Positions 49,530 to 61,475 of a DNA stretch of 64,000 nt are shown piece after piece. The translations under genes and the position numbers were made by a program. Below the pieces are notes generated by a model, which had not been told where the DNA came from, did not search any database, and saw only the letters and a list, made by a program, of their open reading frames with translations. Position 1 is the first letter of the stretch. Each line of letters opens with the position of its first letter. This DNA comes from Lama glama (Eukaryota). The stretch is from positions 9,302,001 through 9,366,000 of the forward strand of contig CM052817.1 of assembly GCA_028534125.1 (NCBI GenBank), in the 5' to 3' direction.

Positions 49530-50250
49530 AACTTGAGTTCAAGCCCACGCTCTGTAATTAATCGGCTCTGTGCTCTCGGGCAGGTTTGCACAACTTCCCT
49601 GAGCCTCAGTCTGTTCCTCTTCACCAAGGAGATAATAATCCCTTCTTTGCAGACTTGGGCCAAGAATGAAATAAGCCAACGTAGGCCAGGGGCTGGCACA
49701 TAGCAAGCACTCAGTGCTATGGACCCCGCCCTCCAAGGTCAGTTCAAGACCAGCCTCCTCCATACCCCTGGTCAGTACACAAAGCAGTCTCAGTCCCTTG
49801 TACCTCCTAGAAAAATGATGACAGCTGAGATTTCCTGAGTATTGATTCTGGACCCGGTACTGTTTCCACGGATGGTCTCAGCTGACTGTACCACAACCTG
49901 TGAAGTTAGCATCCTTACTACCTGGATGTTACAGTCTTAGAAACCAAGACAAAGCAAGATGCAGCAATTTGCCTAGGGTCCGGCTGCTAAGTGGGGACAG
50001 TGGATTCCAACCCAGGCATTCTAGTGCAGGACCAGCCTCTTTTTTTTTTTAATTCCCTTAGTTTTTAATATTTTATTTATGAATTATTATATTATTTATT
50101 TTATTTTGGTGGGGAGTGGGGAGATAATTAGGTTTATTTATTTTTAGAGGAGGTACGGGGGATTGAACCCAAGACCTTGTACATGCTAAGCATGTGCTCT
50201 ACCACTTGAGCTATACCCTCCCCCAGGACTGGCACTCTTAACTGCAATGT
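49530..50250. mobile_element. Two MIRs (plus, then minus), the second interrupted by a camelid SINE
   Basis: CTGAGCCTCAGTCTGTTCCTC...GGGCTGGCACATAGCAAGCACTCAG; AATTTGCCTAGGGTC...GGATTCCAACCCAGGCATTCT [SINE] CACTCTTAACTGC. Confidence 0.72.
50041..50223 (-). mobile_element. Camelid tRNA-derived SINE (Vic-1-like)
   Basis: Reverse complement GGGGAGGGTATAGCTCAAGTGGTAGAGCACATGCTTAGCATGTACAAGGTCTTGGGTTCAATCCCCCGTACCTCC...AAACCTAATTATCTCCCC plus an A tail. TSD-like CAGGACCAGCCTCTT / CAGGACTGGCACTCTT. Confidence 0.88.
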
Positions 50251-50651
50251 TGGGCTGGATCTGAGACATCTACGTCCGGAAGTGACATCCTGGGAGACTG
50301 ACACTAGAGTTCCCCATACTACTTACTCAGCAGGCACTTAGGGAGGCTCTATTAGGTACCAGGTGTGTGCACAGAGAACAAACTGGAGCGAGGCAAGATC
50401 CGGTCATAAGGAGCTCAGAGTCGATCGAGAGGGATGCTGGCACATGAAGCAGTGCCACTCAACGTAGCAGCCGAGCTTGTGTGCAAGCATGGTCAGTGTC
50501 AACTCAATCTGGGGAGGTCAAGGAGGGCTTTACGGAAGAGGTGGTCATATCTTCCTGTCTGATGCCCTTCTCGAGAACTGGCATTTCTGGATTGTCCCTT
50601 ACCTTTCAATTCCTTTTTTCCTCCTCCCATTGCCATTTTGAGGGAGGAGTT

Positions 50652-51001
50652 TGTCTTATACTTTTGGGATGCTCTGACAATATACCACAGACTGGGTGGC
50701 TTAAACAATAGATATCTGGTTCTCAAGTTCTGGAGGCTGGAAGTCTAAGATCAGGGTGTTGGCAGGTGCAATTCCTGGTGAGGGCGCTCTGCCTGGCTGA
50801 CTGTGTCCTTACGTGTCAGAGATGGTAGCTCTGGCCTAACTCTTTCTCTTCTTATAGGGTGCCACGTGCATCCTGGCCCCATTCTCGTGACTTCAACTAA
50901 CCCTAAGTACCTCCCAAAGGCTCCAGCTTCACATACCATCACACTGGGGGTTAGGGCTTCAATAAATGATTTAAGGAAACAGACCCATTCAGTCCATGAC
51001 A
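50652..51001 (-). mobile_element. MLT1A0-like MaLR solo LTR
   Basis: TGTCTTA...ATACCACAGACTGGGTGGCTTAAACAA...GTTCTGGAGGCTGGAAGTCTAAGATCAGGGTG...ATACCATCACACTGGGGGTTAGGGCTTCAA...CATTCAGTCCATGACA. Confidence 0.88.
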
Positions 51002-54000
51002 GAGGCCTTTAATATAACCAAGTAACTAGATGGAATCCTGCTGGCACTGGAGCACGGTGAAGTTACACAGTGAGAGAGAGAGGAAAGCAAGGGAGAGAGC
51101 TTTTGTGTGGTGGATGCTCCTCTGTGAAGAATCTGGAGGCTCTAAAGCTTGGAGGCTCCAACGTCACTGCCTCAGGCTAGAGAGTCAGCCGGCAGGGCAC
51201 CTCGGGGTCTGGCAGCAGCACCTCTGGGATGTGAAGGAGGAGAAGAGGGAGGTTTCAAGAGAGGGTGAGACTCCTAGCAGCCTTTCCAGGTCAATTCTGC
51301 ACAAAAGGACAGGAGGATATGTAAACGTGCGGAAGTGAAGGCGCATCATGAACCTCCATCTAGACTTCTCATGTGGATGTGACCAGCGGGGACTTTTGTC
51401 CTGAAATCAGACTGATCAGGCCCTGGTGCCCTTCCTGACACAGGGAGCACAATTAAAGAGAGAGAGGGAGCTCTTCTTCGTGAAGTCAGGGATCCTGTTT
51501 GGTGCTCCATTTGAATTTCACACCTGTGCTCCACAGCTGCCTCCTTAGCATCGACCGAGCCATGCTGATCGTTGACACCCATGAGCCCAGCCCAGGCCCC
51601 TCCCACACCCCCCACCCCGCTTCCTCCCTCTGGCCATCTAGACTCTCTTCCGCTGTGCACTGGACACCCAGCCCTTCCCTCCCGCTCACACCACGGGGTC
51701 TCCACCCGTCTCGCTGTGCTCTGTTATGTCTCCCCCTGCAGTTCTCAAGTTTGGGACATAAGATCTAAGCTTCACGATCTGCTCCCATGGGGCTCTCGAT
51801 TCTATGTGTTTTCTCCTTCTGGTGCCATGGCTCCAAGCTTTGCAGCACAACAGGCATCCTTCCCAGGTGAGATGGTAAAAGGATCACGGAGCTGGTGTCA
51901 GAAAATCTGCCATCTCCATCCGAGCTCCCTCACCTGCTGGCAGGGAGATTGCACGTCCACCCCTCTGTCCCCAGGCTCCCTCCGGCCAGGCAGGGTCTGT
52001 GAGGGTCATCACCAGAGCTGTGGGATTACCACTGCACACACCACCTCTGGATAACCGGGCCGAAGTGTGACGTCCACACGCCGGCTCTGGGGGAACAAGC
52101 CCCACCTGGGCCTCTGTTCCCAGGGTGGGAGGGAAGGGGTGCAGCTTCGGAGGCTCCCAGCCCTCCAGGCACACAGGCTGCTAAGAACCCGACAGGCTTG
52201 TTCTCAGACACAATTAGGGAAACAAAGGCTCTCTTCAAGCTGCTCCCTTCTCCCCAAATCCCTGAACCTCCTCCCTGCTTCTCAGAAAGTCCTTGGGAAC
52301 AGGTTGGCCTTGTATTGGTGATACAAAAAATTAGGATCTAAGAGACTGATGACTCATTTGAAGTCACTGGAAAAAAGGGTGTCAGATCTCCACCCGGGTT
52401 CTGTTCTCCCGTCACTGAGTCTGCTCCTCCCAGCCCTGCTCCTCATCTGCTGATTAAGTATCTACCTGGTGAGGCAACAGCATTTACGAAACTCCCTCTG
52501 TTTGCAAAGTGCTATTGAAATGTGGTTACCTCAGAGTCCCCTGTGAGGGTCCTGTCCTGGAGGGCTTTATCAGCTGAGCCCAGACAGGCGACAGATGACG
52601 TCTGACCAGCCCTGAGTGGTGCTGGGGGCTGTACTGAATTTGGAAGCAGGTAAAGCCGAATGGAAAAGGTGAGTCTGAGCACTATTAAGCAAGAGAGCAG
52701 AAATCACACAACACACAGAAGGTGGAGGAGGCCGGCTCTTGGAGCAGCCGGCCAAGAGAAAGAGGCAGGGTGACCTGGCCACCAACTGCCTCTCTAGGGT
52801 GTCTTCCACCCTCTGCCCCCACCCCCTCCCCAGAACCCAGGGCTCCAGGGGTAATTGCTGCTCCTGGAACAGGCTGGGCTGTTTCCTGCCTCCTGGCTTG
52901 GTCCCTGTAGTTCCCCGTGCTGGAACTCTCTCTCCTGTCTGCTGGAAGAAGGGAAACCTGACTTGGGTGTCTCTTCTTCAATAAAGCCTTTGCCGACTCC
53001 TGTAGGCAGAGATGACCACGACTCCTTCAGGCTCCATCTGAATTGCAGTAAAAATAACAATGGACTCTTGGGGGCTTTGTGTGTGTGTGTGTGTTAACTA
53101 TATAGAGATCAACAGATAGATAAAAATCTCATTCAGTTCTTAGAGCAGCTCTGCCTTATTATCCCCACTTCACTGCTGAGGTTCTGGAACAGAAGGTTGA
53201 AGAGTTCAAGTAACTTGCCCAAGATGATTCAGCTCCTGAGTTTGGACTGAAACTCAAACTATTGCCACACTGGAAAGTGCTCTCTGTATAAGGATGTCGA
53301 TGACACCTGATTGGTTTACCTGACTGCCTCCCTTTCTATCGGGGTCTGGCTCTGGAGCCAAAATCCCAATGCACATCTGTTAAATGGAATTGATTTGAGG
53401 AGAGCTGGCAATTGGAAGGCTTCAGAGATGGCGCTCTGGCGATGGGACAGGGGCTTCAGAATAAACAATGAGTTAGGTAAGCAGGAGCCAATTCATAGAG
53501 CGCGATCCAGCCTGTGATAAGGAGCTTTAATTTGATAGCAGACAATTGGGAGCCATTCATTGTAGAACTTGGAGAAAGGCAGTGACAAGCCCTTAACGAC
53601 ACCCAAGGGCCTTTGAAATCTTTCATTGCTGCCTGCAATTTTACTATTTCCTACTGAAGGGATGGGACAGGAGGATGAGCTCGGAGCTGCCTTACCCCCG
53701 GCTGCACCGCCCACAGCAAGGTCACCATGGGACCACCATCCGTCTCCTAAGTGTAGAGTGGGGATGCTGCAGAGGAGCCCAAGTCACTGTCCCTGCATGT
53801 TCCTGAGCTCAGACCCAGGCCCTCCCTGCCTCCTGCACCTCATCCCCCACACGAGTCTCGGGGTAGAAGCAGCCCTTGAACACCCCCACCCCGCCCCCCT
53901 TGCAGTCACCATCCCCGTCGACCGTTCTGCAACACTCTCACCCCCATGTCCCACTTGCGAACTCTCGCTGGTCTCTCTCCAAAAACAGCGTTCACGGTTT

Positions 54001-55809
54001 CCCAGAATTTCAATCGCATGGAGACAGAATGGGTCCCCACCTTCCCCATCATCACGGCAAAGTACCCCCCGGCAGGACCGGCACGGCAAGACAGGAAGCA
54101 GGCTGTGAAGTTCTGCTCACAGAGAACACGGTGGGCTGCTTTGTGTTTCCTGGTTTTATTTTTCCAAGCTTGGGATCCCTAGTTTCTTCCATCGGGCACA
54201 AAACCACTAGGAGACCAGTGGCTGGGGCTGGCCTTCCAAAGCCAGTGCGTGCCAACAGTAGAACGGGTTCCAGGAGCCCAGGACAATGGCCTCTTCAGGC
54301 CACAGAAAGTTGCTCAGTGCTGTATTGTGTGCATGTGATGCAGCTTCTTGGACACACACAAACGCTCCCATTTTTTTACCAGCCCCGTGACGGTGACTTA
54401 ATTACCTCTCAAGAGGCTGGGGCTGCAAACCTCCCTCGCCACCCCAAGCAGGGAAGGAAGCAAAACCAAGCCCCAGGGATGAGAAAAAGGAAAAGCCAAA
54501 CAGTGTGCGGGACGGGAATTCTGACGTGGGCACCAGGTGCATTCGTTACACTTGGCTGCGTGCGGGTTGACGACCGCGGTCACTGGTGTGCGATGGTCTG
54601 GTCCAGCGTCTGTGCGGAAGGACAGCCTTGGTATTTCGCAGAGCAAGATGAATATGCGCCAGATGGTGACTTCACGAGGACATAATTCACATAGCGTTTC
54701 CCTGCCCCCAACACAGATTTCTGTGAAGGAATCTTGAGCGCCATGCTGAACAAAACAGAACACGGAAATTCAACCCCGGAAAAGATGCAGCCGTGAGCTG
54801 AAGATTTATGGTCCCAACAGTGACTCTGACAGGAGCCCAAATGGCAGTCAGATCCCAGGCTCCACGCTGCACATCTTGCCAACCCGTGTCCCTGTCACTT
54901 CCGGAGTGGCATCATCCCCGACGTCTTCAGTGCACTCTGGGAGGGAGAAGGGCGAGCCCTGAAATGTCACTGTGGGAAACTGAGTCGCTTACCTTTTTTT
55001 TTTAATTAACTTTGTGTGGTGATAGGCCACATCAGCCCCTGCTTGCTTGGTAATTTGATTTTGATGGTGACCAAGAGAAGAATGTACTTTCAGCTTCAGC
55101 AGTTGGGTCTAGTTCTGGGCACTGGAAGGGGCCAGTGGAAGGAGAGTGACTCTCTCTTGGAAAATCGTTAAAAAGAAGGAAAAAAAAAGCCCCGCTGTTA
55201 TCAGACCACGACCTAGCCAGCAAAACAGCCCAGGTCCCAGTCGGTTTAGGAGCGTTGTTGCTCTCTGAGGAGCAACGTGTCTCTGACCCACATGGAGTTA
55301 AAAGAGTGGGCGTGACCCACCTGCTGGTGGCATTTTAAATGTGGTCAGCCCGTCTGGAATCCCTGCAATTTCTACAGCCTACACACTTCAGTCCTAAACC
55401 ACAAAATAAGGACATGCAGGACTGAAGGTCACTCTGCTTCAAAACAAGGTCAGCCCAAGACAGCCCAGAAGCAAATATTACCAAGTATGTGGCTGGGGTG
55501 TGGCCCCTCATCCTCCTGGTCTCTGCTCACGGCCCCTCCGTGTCACAACGACGTCTGGGCCAAGAGGCAAGACCAGTCCTCGCCTCATCCAGGGCAAAAA
55601 CCACCCAGAAAATGATGCGCCCACATTGGATTTTTGCTGTTGTTCCTCTGTTTTAAAGGGATAATCACATTGTGCTAAAGGAATCAATAACAGTAGTAAC
55701 ACCAAGCAAGGCCATTTCTGGCACACCTGCCACATGTGAGACTGACACATCCCCGCCTGTCAGTGCCTGCAGCCTCCTGCCGGCCGTACCTGTCCAGAGA
55801 ATGGGCACT

Positions 55810-56020
55810 GGCTTCAAATGGCCCGCTCCTCCGCTGGCTGCTGTGTGACCTCACACTAGTGACTTGACCTCTCTGAGAGTCAGTGTCCTCAGGGATTAAA
55901 CAGGAAGAAGGAGAGAACCTAGTTCACGAGCCGGTAAGGGCTGAATGAGAAGACACTTGGAAAGCACGGCAGGGAGCCTGGCGCACAGCATGCGCCCAGA
56001 AGACGTCAGCAACTATTATT
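55810..56020 (+). mobile_element. MIR SINE
   Basis: GCTGTGTGACCTCACACTAGTGACTTGACCTCTCTGAGAGTCAGTGTCCTCA...AAAGCACGGCAGGGAGCCTGGCGCACAG. Confidence 0.7.
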
Positions 56021-57707
56021 ACCCGCGTGGCAGCTGTGGAAGTGAAACAGAGCCTCGAAACCTCCACCAAGGGTGCATCTGTCTTAAGTGGTAAAAATAA
56101 GATCGGAACCCGGGCCCTCCTGGGCTGCAGCTTCCTGCTCCGTTCGACGGATGCAAATTCCTGGCACGAAGCCCAGTGACCACAGGGCCTCCCCTCCTGG
56201 CATGATTTGGCAGGCCACTTTGGCAAACAGCCCACCGTGCCCTGAAAAAAAACCCTCTATTGTTTCTCAGGAAGGCTTTTTGACACCCCCTCCCCCCAGG
56301 TAAAAGGCTATTCACTGTGCCCCGAGGACAGAAACAGCTCCAGGGACCTGGCTTCTCCTGGAGGAATCTGGGGGCCAGACAGCGGCCAGGAGGGGCCGGG
56401 CAGCTGACTCAGCAGAACAGGGCCTGCTGCTCAGAGCCCGCCCACCCTGCCGACCAGAAAGGGAAGGCCTCTGTGAGGCGGACAGAAAAGGACGCTGCTG
56501 AAGTCCCCGGGCGCAAAGTGTCCTTTGTCCCCGAGGACTTCGTGGGAAACACCCGTGTTGACATTTCATCTGGCAGAACAGGCCTCTGTCTTGAGCTCTT
56601 TATCTGTATTAACTCGTTTAGTCTCATGGATGTGAGTTGTCCATCCCTAGTCCCATCTTGAAAATGGGGACACTAAGACACAGCAAGGGCAAATTACTAA
56701 CCCAGGATAACACGGCCATTCAGTGGGAGATTAAACCCCAGAAGTCCGGCTTCTAAGAGAGACGACACAGCGGCCAGGTCCTTCCCTCCCTCTTTGCTCG
56801 GCTGTTTCTGGGGAAGCTTAGAGCTGAAGGCAGCATTTCACGGTTTCTGGAACCTGAGCCTTTTCTTCCACCCCTGCTTCCCCTGCCCTGCAACAGACCT
56901 CACTCCCACTTCCCCTGTATGCTGTCTCTGCCTCCTCACCGGTCCTCCATCCATCCAAGCTCCCCACCCTCGGCCATCCTGCCTCACAGCTGATGCTCCA
57001 GCAGAAGTTCTGCTTGTAAGACCAGCACACGAGGGGCTGGCTCTGGCCTGTCTCGGCTCCTGCTGTCCTTGCTGGGGACAACATTCTTCCCCAGCCTCTC
57101 TGGATGACTGTTGCAGGAGGGCCACCTTGGACACCACCTCCAGGAACACATCCCTCTCTCCTTGGGCTGGATGAAGTGGCTGGTGGAAGCTCATATGCCC
57201 TTCAGTGCGTATTTCTAATGCTGTGCTCAAGGGCAGAGAACTTACCTATGATTTCTCATCTCCCACGTTGGGCACCGTTCCTTACATACAGCAGGTGCTC
57301 AGTGAATGCTTGTTACACAAAATGAATGACAGTGACTCCATCACTAGCAAGAGTCAAAGCTTTATCCCTGTCCGGATCAATGGAGGTGCCATGTGGCTGG
57401 CTAAGGACTTCTACCCCCTACTTCTGGGCCCCTGTGTTAGGCAGTTAGACAAGTGGGGGACACCACACAGATAGGTGGAAGAGAGGGGGGATGGGCCGGA
57501 AGATGGCATTATGCCCGCGTCAAACATAAAGGGACTTTACTTCTGAATGAGTGCCAGCAAGAAACCGGTTAAAACCTGACAGCCACGACTGGCAGTAGCA
57601 GAAAGGACTTAACCGGACACAAGCCAGTGCTCATTGTATTATAATTAACACTGCGGTCTGGGCTCCCCTACATGGGTTCTTCTGTGTACACTATGGGTAA
57701 GGACATG

Positions 57708-57988
57708 CGTGAAGCAGCCAAACATGACTAAGCATTCCCGGTACAAGAGCCGTCAGTCAATCAGGAGACCACCTCTAAGCAAGGGTATAAGAGAAAGAGG
57801 AGCCAAAAAAAAAAAAAATAACTGCTTTTCCTCCTTTGGAGCAGCCAGCCTCCCGTTCTTGGGGGTGTATCTTTCCTTTCTTTTCAAATAAATCTTTAAA
57901 AATATTTTGCAACACAACACAGTCTCCCGACTGCAAACTTGTCTTTCGAGTGTGACAAGAACCAGGGTCTTTACCTTTTGGGGTAACA
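57708..57988 (+). mobile_element. Short ERV1-class-like solo LTR
   Basis: (C/T)GTGAAG...GGGGTAACA termini, TCAATCAG (57757), TATAA (57786-57790), AATAAA (57887-57892) and a U5-like GTGTGACAAGAACC...GGTAACA. Possible 4-bp TSD CATG / CCTG. Confidence 0.6.
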
Positions 57989-57989
57989 C

Positions 57990-58285
57990 CTGGATGGGTG
58001 ACCCTCACTTCCTGGCTTTATGAGGTTGGAGGATGGCCATGCAGTCAGTTCTGGCCAACAAGCTGTGAACGCAAGAGAGAGATGTCACTTCCGGGATGAA
58101 CGTTCAGTTACAGGGGCAAGACCGTGAGAGCATGGTGACCCGCACGGTGGAGGTGGCAGCAGCTCCGACAGCCTGAGAGCCCCCCGTGACACTGAGAAAC
58201 AGAGTCCCGTGATGAACGTGAAATGCGAGGAAGAACACATCTTTGTGGTTTGAAGTGCCTGAATTATTTTCAGCCTGATCGTTCA
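57990..58285 (+). mobile_element. MLT1H/I-like MaLR LTR
   Basis: CACTTCCTGGC...TGGCCATGCAGTCAGTTCTGGCCAACAAGCTGTGAAC...TGTCACTTCCGGGATGAA...CTTTGTGGTTTGAAG. Confidence 0.65.
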
Positions 58286-60199
58286 TATCCCAGGGGAAGT
58301 AACTTGGATCTGTTTTCAACCTCAGAAATGTATTTTGGGTATTTACCAAAGGAGCCCTTGCAGGTGAAAGGTTGGCTGAAACACTCATGATAGTAACCAC
58401 GGCAAGAACTAGCAGAGCTGAATGAGCGACTTAGGAACAAACACTCCTGTACCTTCTGTGTGTTTCTAATCAGCACACTCATGTGCCACAACCTCTTTCC
58501 TTGGCTTCTCATCACAAACCTGGGGAAGACATGGAGCAGACACCACCCACTCCCCTTACAAGGTCACGGAGCAAGAAAGGCGTGGCTGAGACCAGAAGTG
58601 GGGATATTTGACTCCTAGCCTAGGACTCTCCCTTCTGGACCAAACCTCAAACACTTGGGGTTTTAAAATCTTATGGCCCGGAAAGCCAGATTCGAGGCAA
58701 TCTAAGGAAAAAAACAGACGCTAAATCATTTGTAAAGAGCTTTGATAGCATTTGGTTTTTGTATCATTCCCAAATGGTAGAGGTTATTTTTTGTTGTTAT
58801 ATTTATTATAATTATTGTCGGTTTTGATAGTACATAGCTGAAAAATGCCAAAATGTGAACAGCGCGAGATTAATGACTGCCTTTGAGTTAGGGTGATGGG
58901 TGGTGGGTGGCCCTGGCCCGCCCTGTGGGGGCCTGAACCACAGGACTGGTGCTGGTGACTTCACAACATGTTTGGGAATTCAGATCTGGTGTCCTGGCCT
59001 GGACCACTCATGTCCAAATCATCAGCTTCTTTTTTCTTTTCTGTTCTGTGGGATTTTATTTGCTTGATAAAATGTAGCAAATCATCATCTCTTATCTGAT
59101 GGTTGCCCTAGCTCCAATTTGAGGCCATGGTCCTCAGGGCTCCCCTTGGGGTCCGACAGGCTTTAGAAAGTGTCCAGCACTGCCCTCCAGTGAGACCTGA
59201 TTCAAGTGAGGGTGAGAGGTGGGAGAGCATCGGGAACCTCAGTCCTTCTCCAGCAAACGCTTCTTTGTCTTCTTTCCCTCTCCAGCTTTGGGTACCTTGT
59301 GGTCCTCCTCCACCGCTCTTCCCAGCCTTACCGTTGGTCCCTACTTCCTGTCCTTGTCCACAGCATCGTTTACTACACTTGTTCCTCCACATTTTCAAAC
59401 TGTAGGTGTCCTCTCCTCTGTGGCTTATGGCTTTTACCGGTGACCTGACCCCTGGGAAGAGCTCACTCCTCTCTCTTTTACCACTTCGCCGCGCCAGGAC
59501 GGCTGCCCTAAAGCAGAACGTGGCCATGTCCCTGGAGCATGGGAGAGACCACGTAAGAAAATAAGAGACCCGCTTCAGAGTCTTAACTTTACAAAATGCT
59601 AATGTTTGCCCTCCCTCACCTTCTGCCTCCAACCTCCCCTCCTTCTCTCTCTCTTCTCCTTCCCCCTTCTCCCTCTAATTCCAAAATCAGTTAATAACAC
59701 GGGCATTGGCTTCTGCTGTAGGGTTGGATGTCTGGGGCAAGCTCTACTCTTGAGTTTGTCCCACCTCAACTTTTATTACCGTTTGGGTGGGAAGGGGGAG
59801 ACACAGGATCAGAGAATGGGGTCCAGGGCAAAGGGCCTGTGCAACTGCTTATCTGCCTTGCACTTGGCGTCTGGTGGGCCAGACTCCCAGGTTCTCATGC
59901 CTGCTATCTGCCCTGGTCCTTCAGAGCTGGGATTCCCCGGTGGGATCTAGACTCCGAGCGCCTTAATAATCACTAGTGTGGACTGGCCCCGGGTACCCTC
60001 TCCACTGAGCTCCCTGGGTGACCTGAACCCCTAGTCATGCTTCTCTTGTTGTTTCAAGATGTAATTAACATCTTCAATTTTCACTTCTAAAATGACTTAA
60101 ATATCTCTGTCTTTATTCCTTGCTAAATTTGAGTGCTTCTCATCTTTCCTTCCTGATAATTCAAGAGCTCCAGCTCCAGCTGCAGATAGACGCACAGAG

Positions 60200-61090
60200 A
60201 TAGAGAGTGTGCACTTAGCAAGTGTTAACTCATTGTCCTGTGCACATTACGTCCTTTATCTTAGTTCATCCTCACAACCATCAAAGGAGGTCACAGAGGC
60301 TTAAAAGAGTTTAAGTAACTTGCCCAAAGTGACACCGCTAGAAGTGGTGGAGCTGGTAGACCCCAGAGATCTGCCTCCGGGGCCTGTGGTCTTAATCACT
60401 GTGCTAGAGACACTCTCTAGGTCTACCCAACATCCCACCGTCCCTCACACTCAGTCAGCCAGAAACTCACCTGGGCCCCCTTAAGTGCTCTTTTATAGAC
60501 CCATCCTCATCATGCAAGCTGCCCACCCCAGCTGCACATCTTGCCCTCATTCTGAGCTCCTCCTTCTCCTCGTTCACAACATCTGCTGAGTCACTGAAGT
60601 TTGTTATTTCTTCCTTTGAGTAATTCTTCATGCCCTCTGCTTCCTTTTTGGTCTCACTGCCACCCTCCCAAGCCCAGTCCTGCATGATGTCATGTCTGAA
60701 TGACTGTAATTGCTCCCCAATTTGTTTTCCTGATTCCTCTCTTCATCCTGCAATTATGATGTGATTAATCTTCCCAAAACGTTACTGGGTACACACTGGC
60801 CTCTCTGTGCTTCAAATCTGTGGGAGCTCCCCATTTAATAAAGTCCATTCCCTTCCCCAGTGTCTCCCACGTGACCCACCTCAACTTCTCTAGTAGACTC
60901 TTCATCTCCTAACCAGCTGGTTGTTTCTTCAATTTTCTACATATATTGTGCGTTCTGCACCATTTCCCACCTGCAGCGAATGACCTTTATCTCTCTCTCC
61001 TCTTGCTGATGCTCCCACCCTCCTTCAGGGGCTGCCTTAGGTGCAGTATCCTTCATGGAGCATTCCCCATGCACTCCAGCCTTTCCAGAT
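60200..61090. mobile_element. MIR (minus) followed by L2 fragments (plus)
   Basis: GAGGCTTAAAAGAGTTTAAGTAACTTGCCCAAAGTGACACCGCTAGAAGTGG; CACTGCCACCCTCCCAAGCCCAG...TGACTGTAATTGCTCCCCAA. Confidence 0.62.
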
Positions 61091-61394
61091 TATTACCACT
61101 TCTGAATCCTACAATTCAGAAGGACCGCACATCTGGTTGCACGCCAAGGATGCCTTAGCCATCTTTTATGAGGATGTCTGGTTTCAGCTACTGGCTTATA
61201 CACTCAGGGTGGGGCTTGGCTGCAACCAAACATCTCTGATTTCCCAAGACAATATTGAATCAAACTATTGTGCTTGTTGTAACATAAACTCTGGTTTTCA
61301 CTTCAGAAAATAGAGTAGATTAAGATCTACATATCTCATTTTTATCTCCAGTGTCTTCAAGGATATGTAATAAACACTGTTCAATTACACATGT

Positions 61395-61475
61395 AACACA
61401 ACATTGTATATCAACTATACTTCAATTTCAAAAAAAATAGAAAAACCCCAAAAACCAAATTATATATATTTAAAA
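61395..61475 (+). mobile_element. Extremely 5'-truncated cetartiodactyl L1 tail
   Basis: AACACAACATTGTATATCAACTATACTTCAATTTCAAAAAAAA matches the termini of the L1s ending near 16300 and 31200. TSD-like AAACACTGTTCAATT (61372-61386) / AAAAACTACTCAAGT (61476-61490). Confidence 0.75.

Noticed and set aside
53876..54685. Longest ORF (269 aa)
   Set aside because: Non-ATG start, no recognisable domain, GC-rich context with ORFs in several frames, and no supporting splice structure.
55317..55332. Strong CTCF site
   Set aside because: Mismatches at core positions in either orientation.
59108..59632. 174-aa minus-strand ORF
   Set aside because: No homology recognised, low-complexity composition and no exon evidence.
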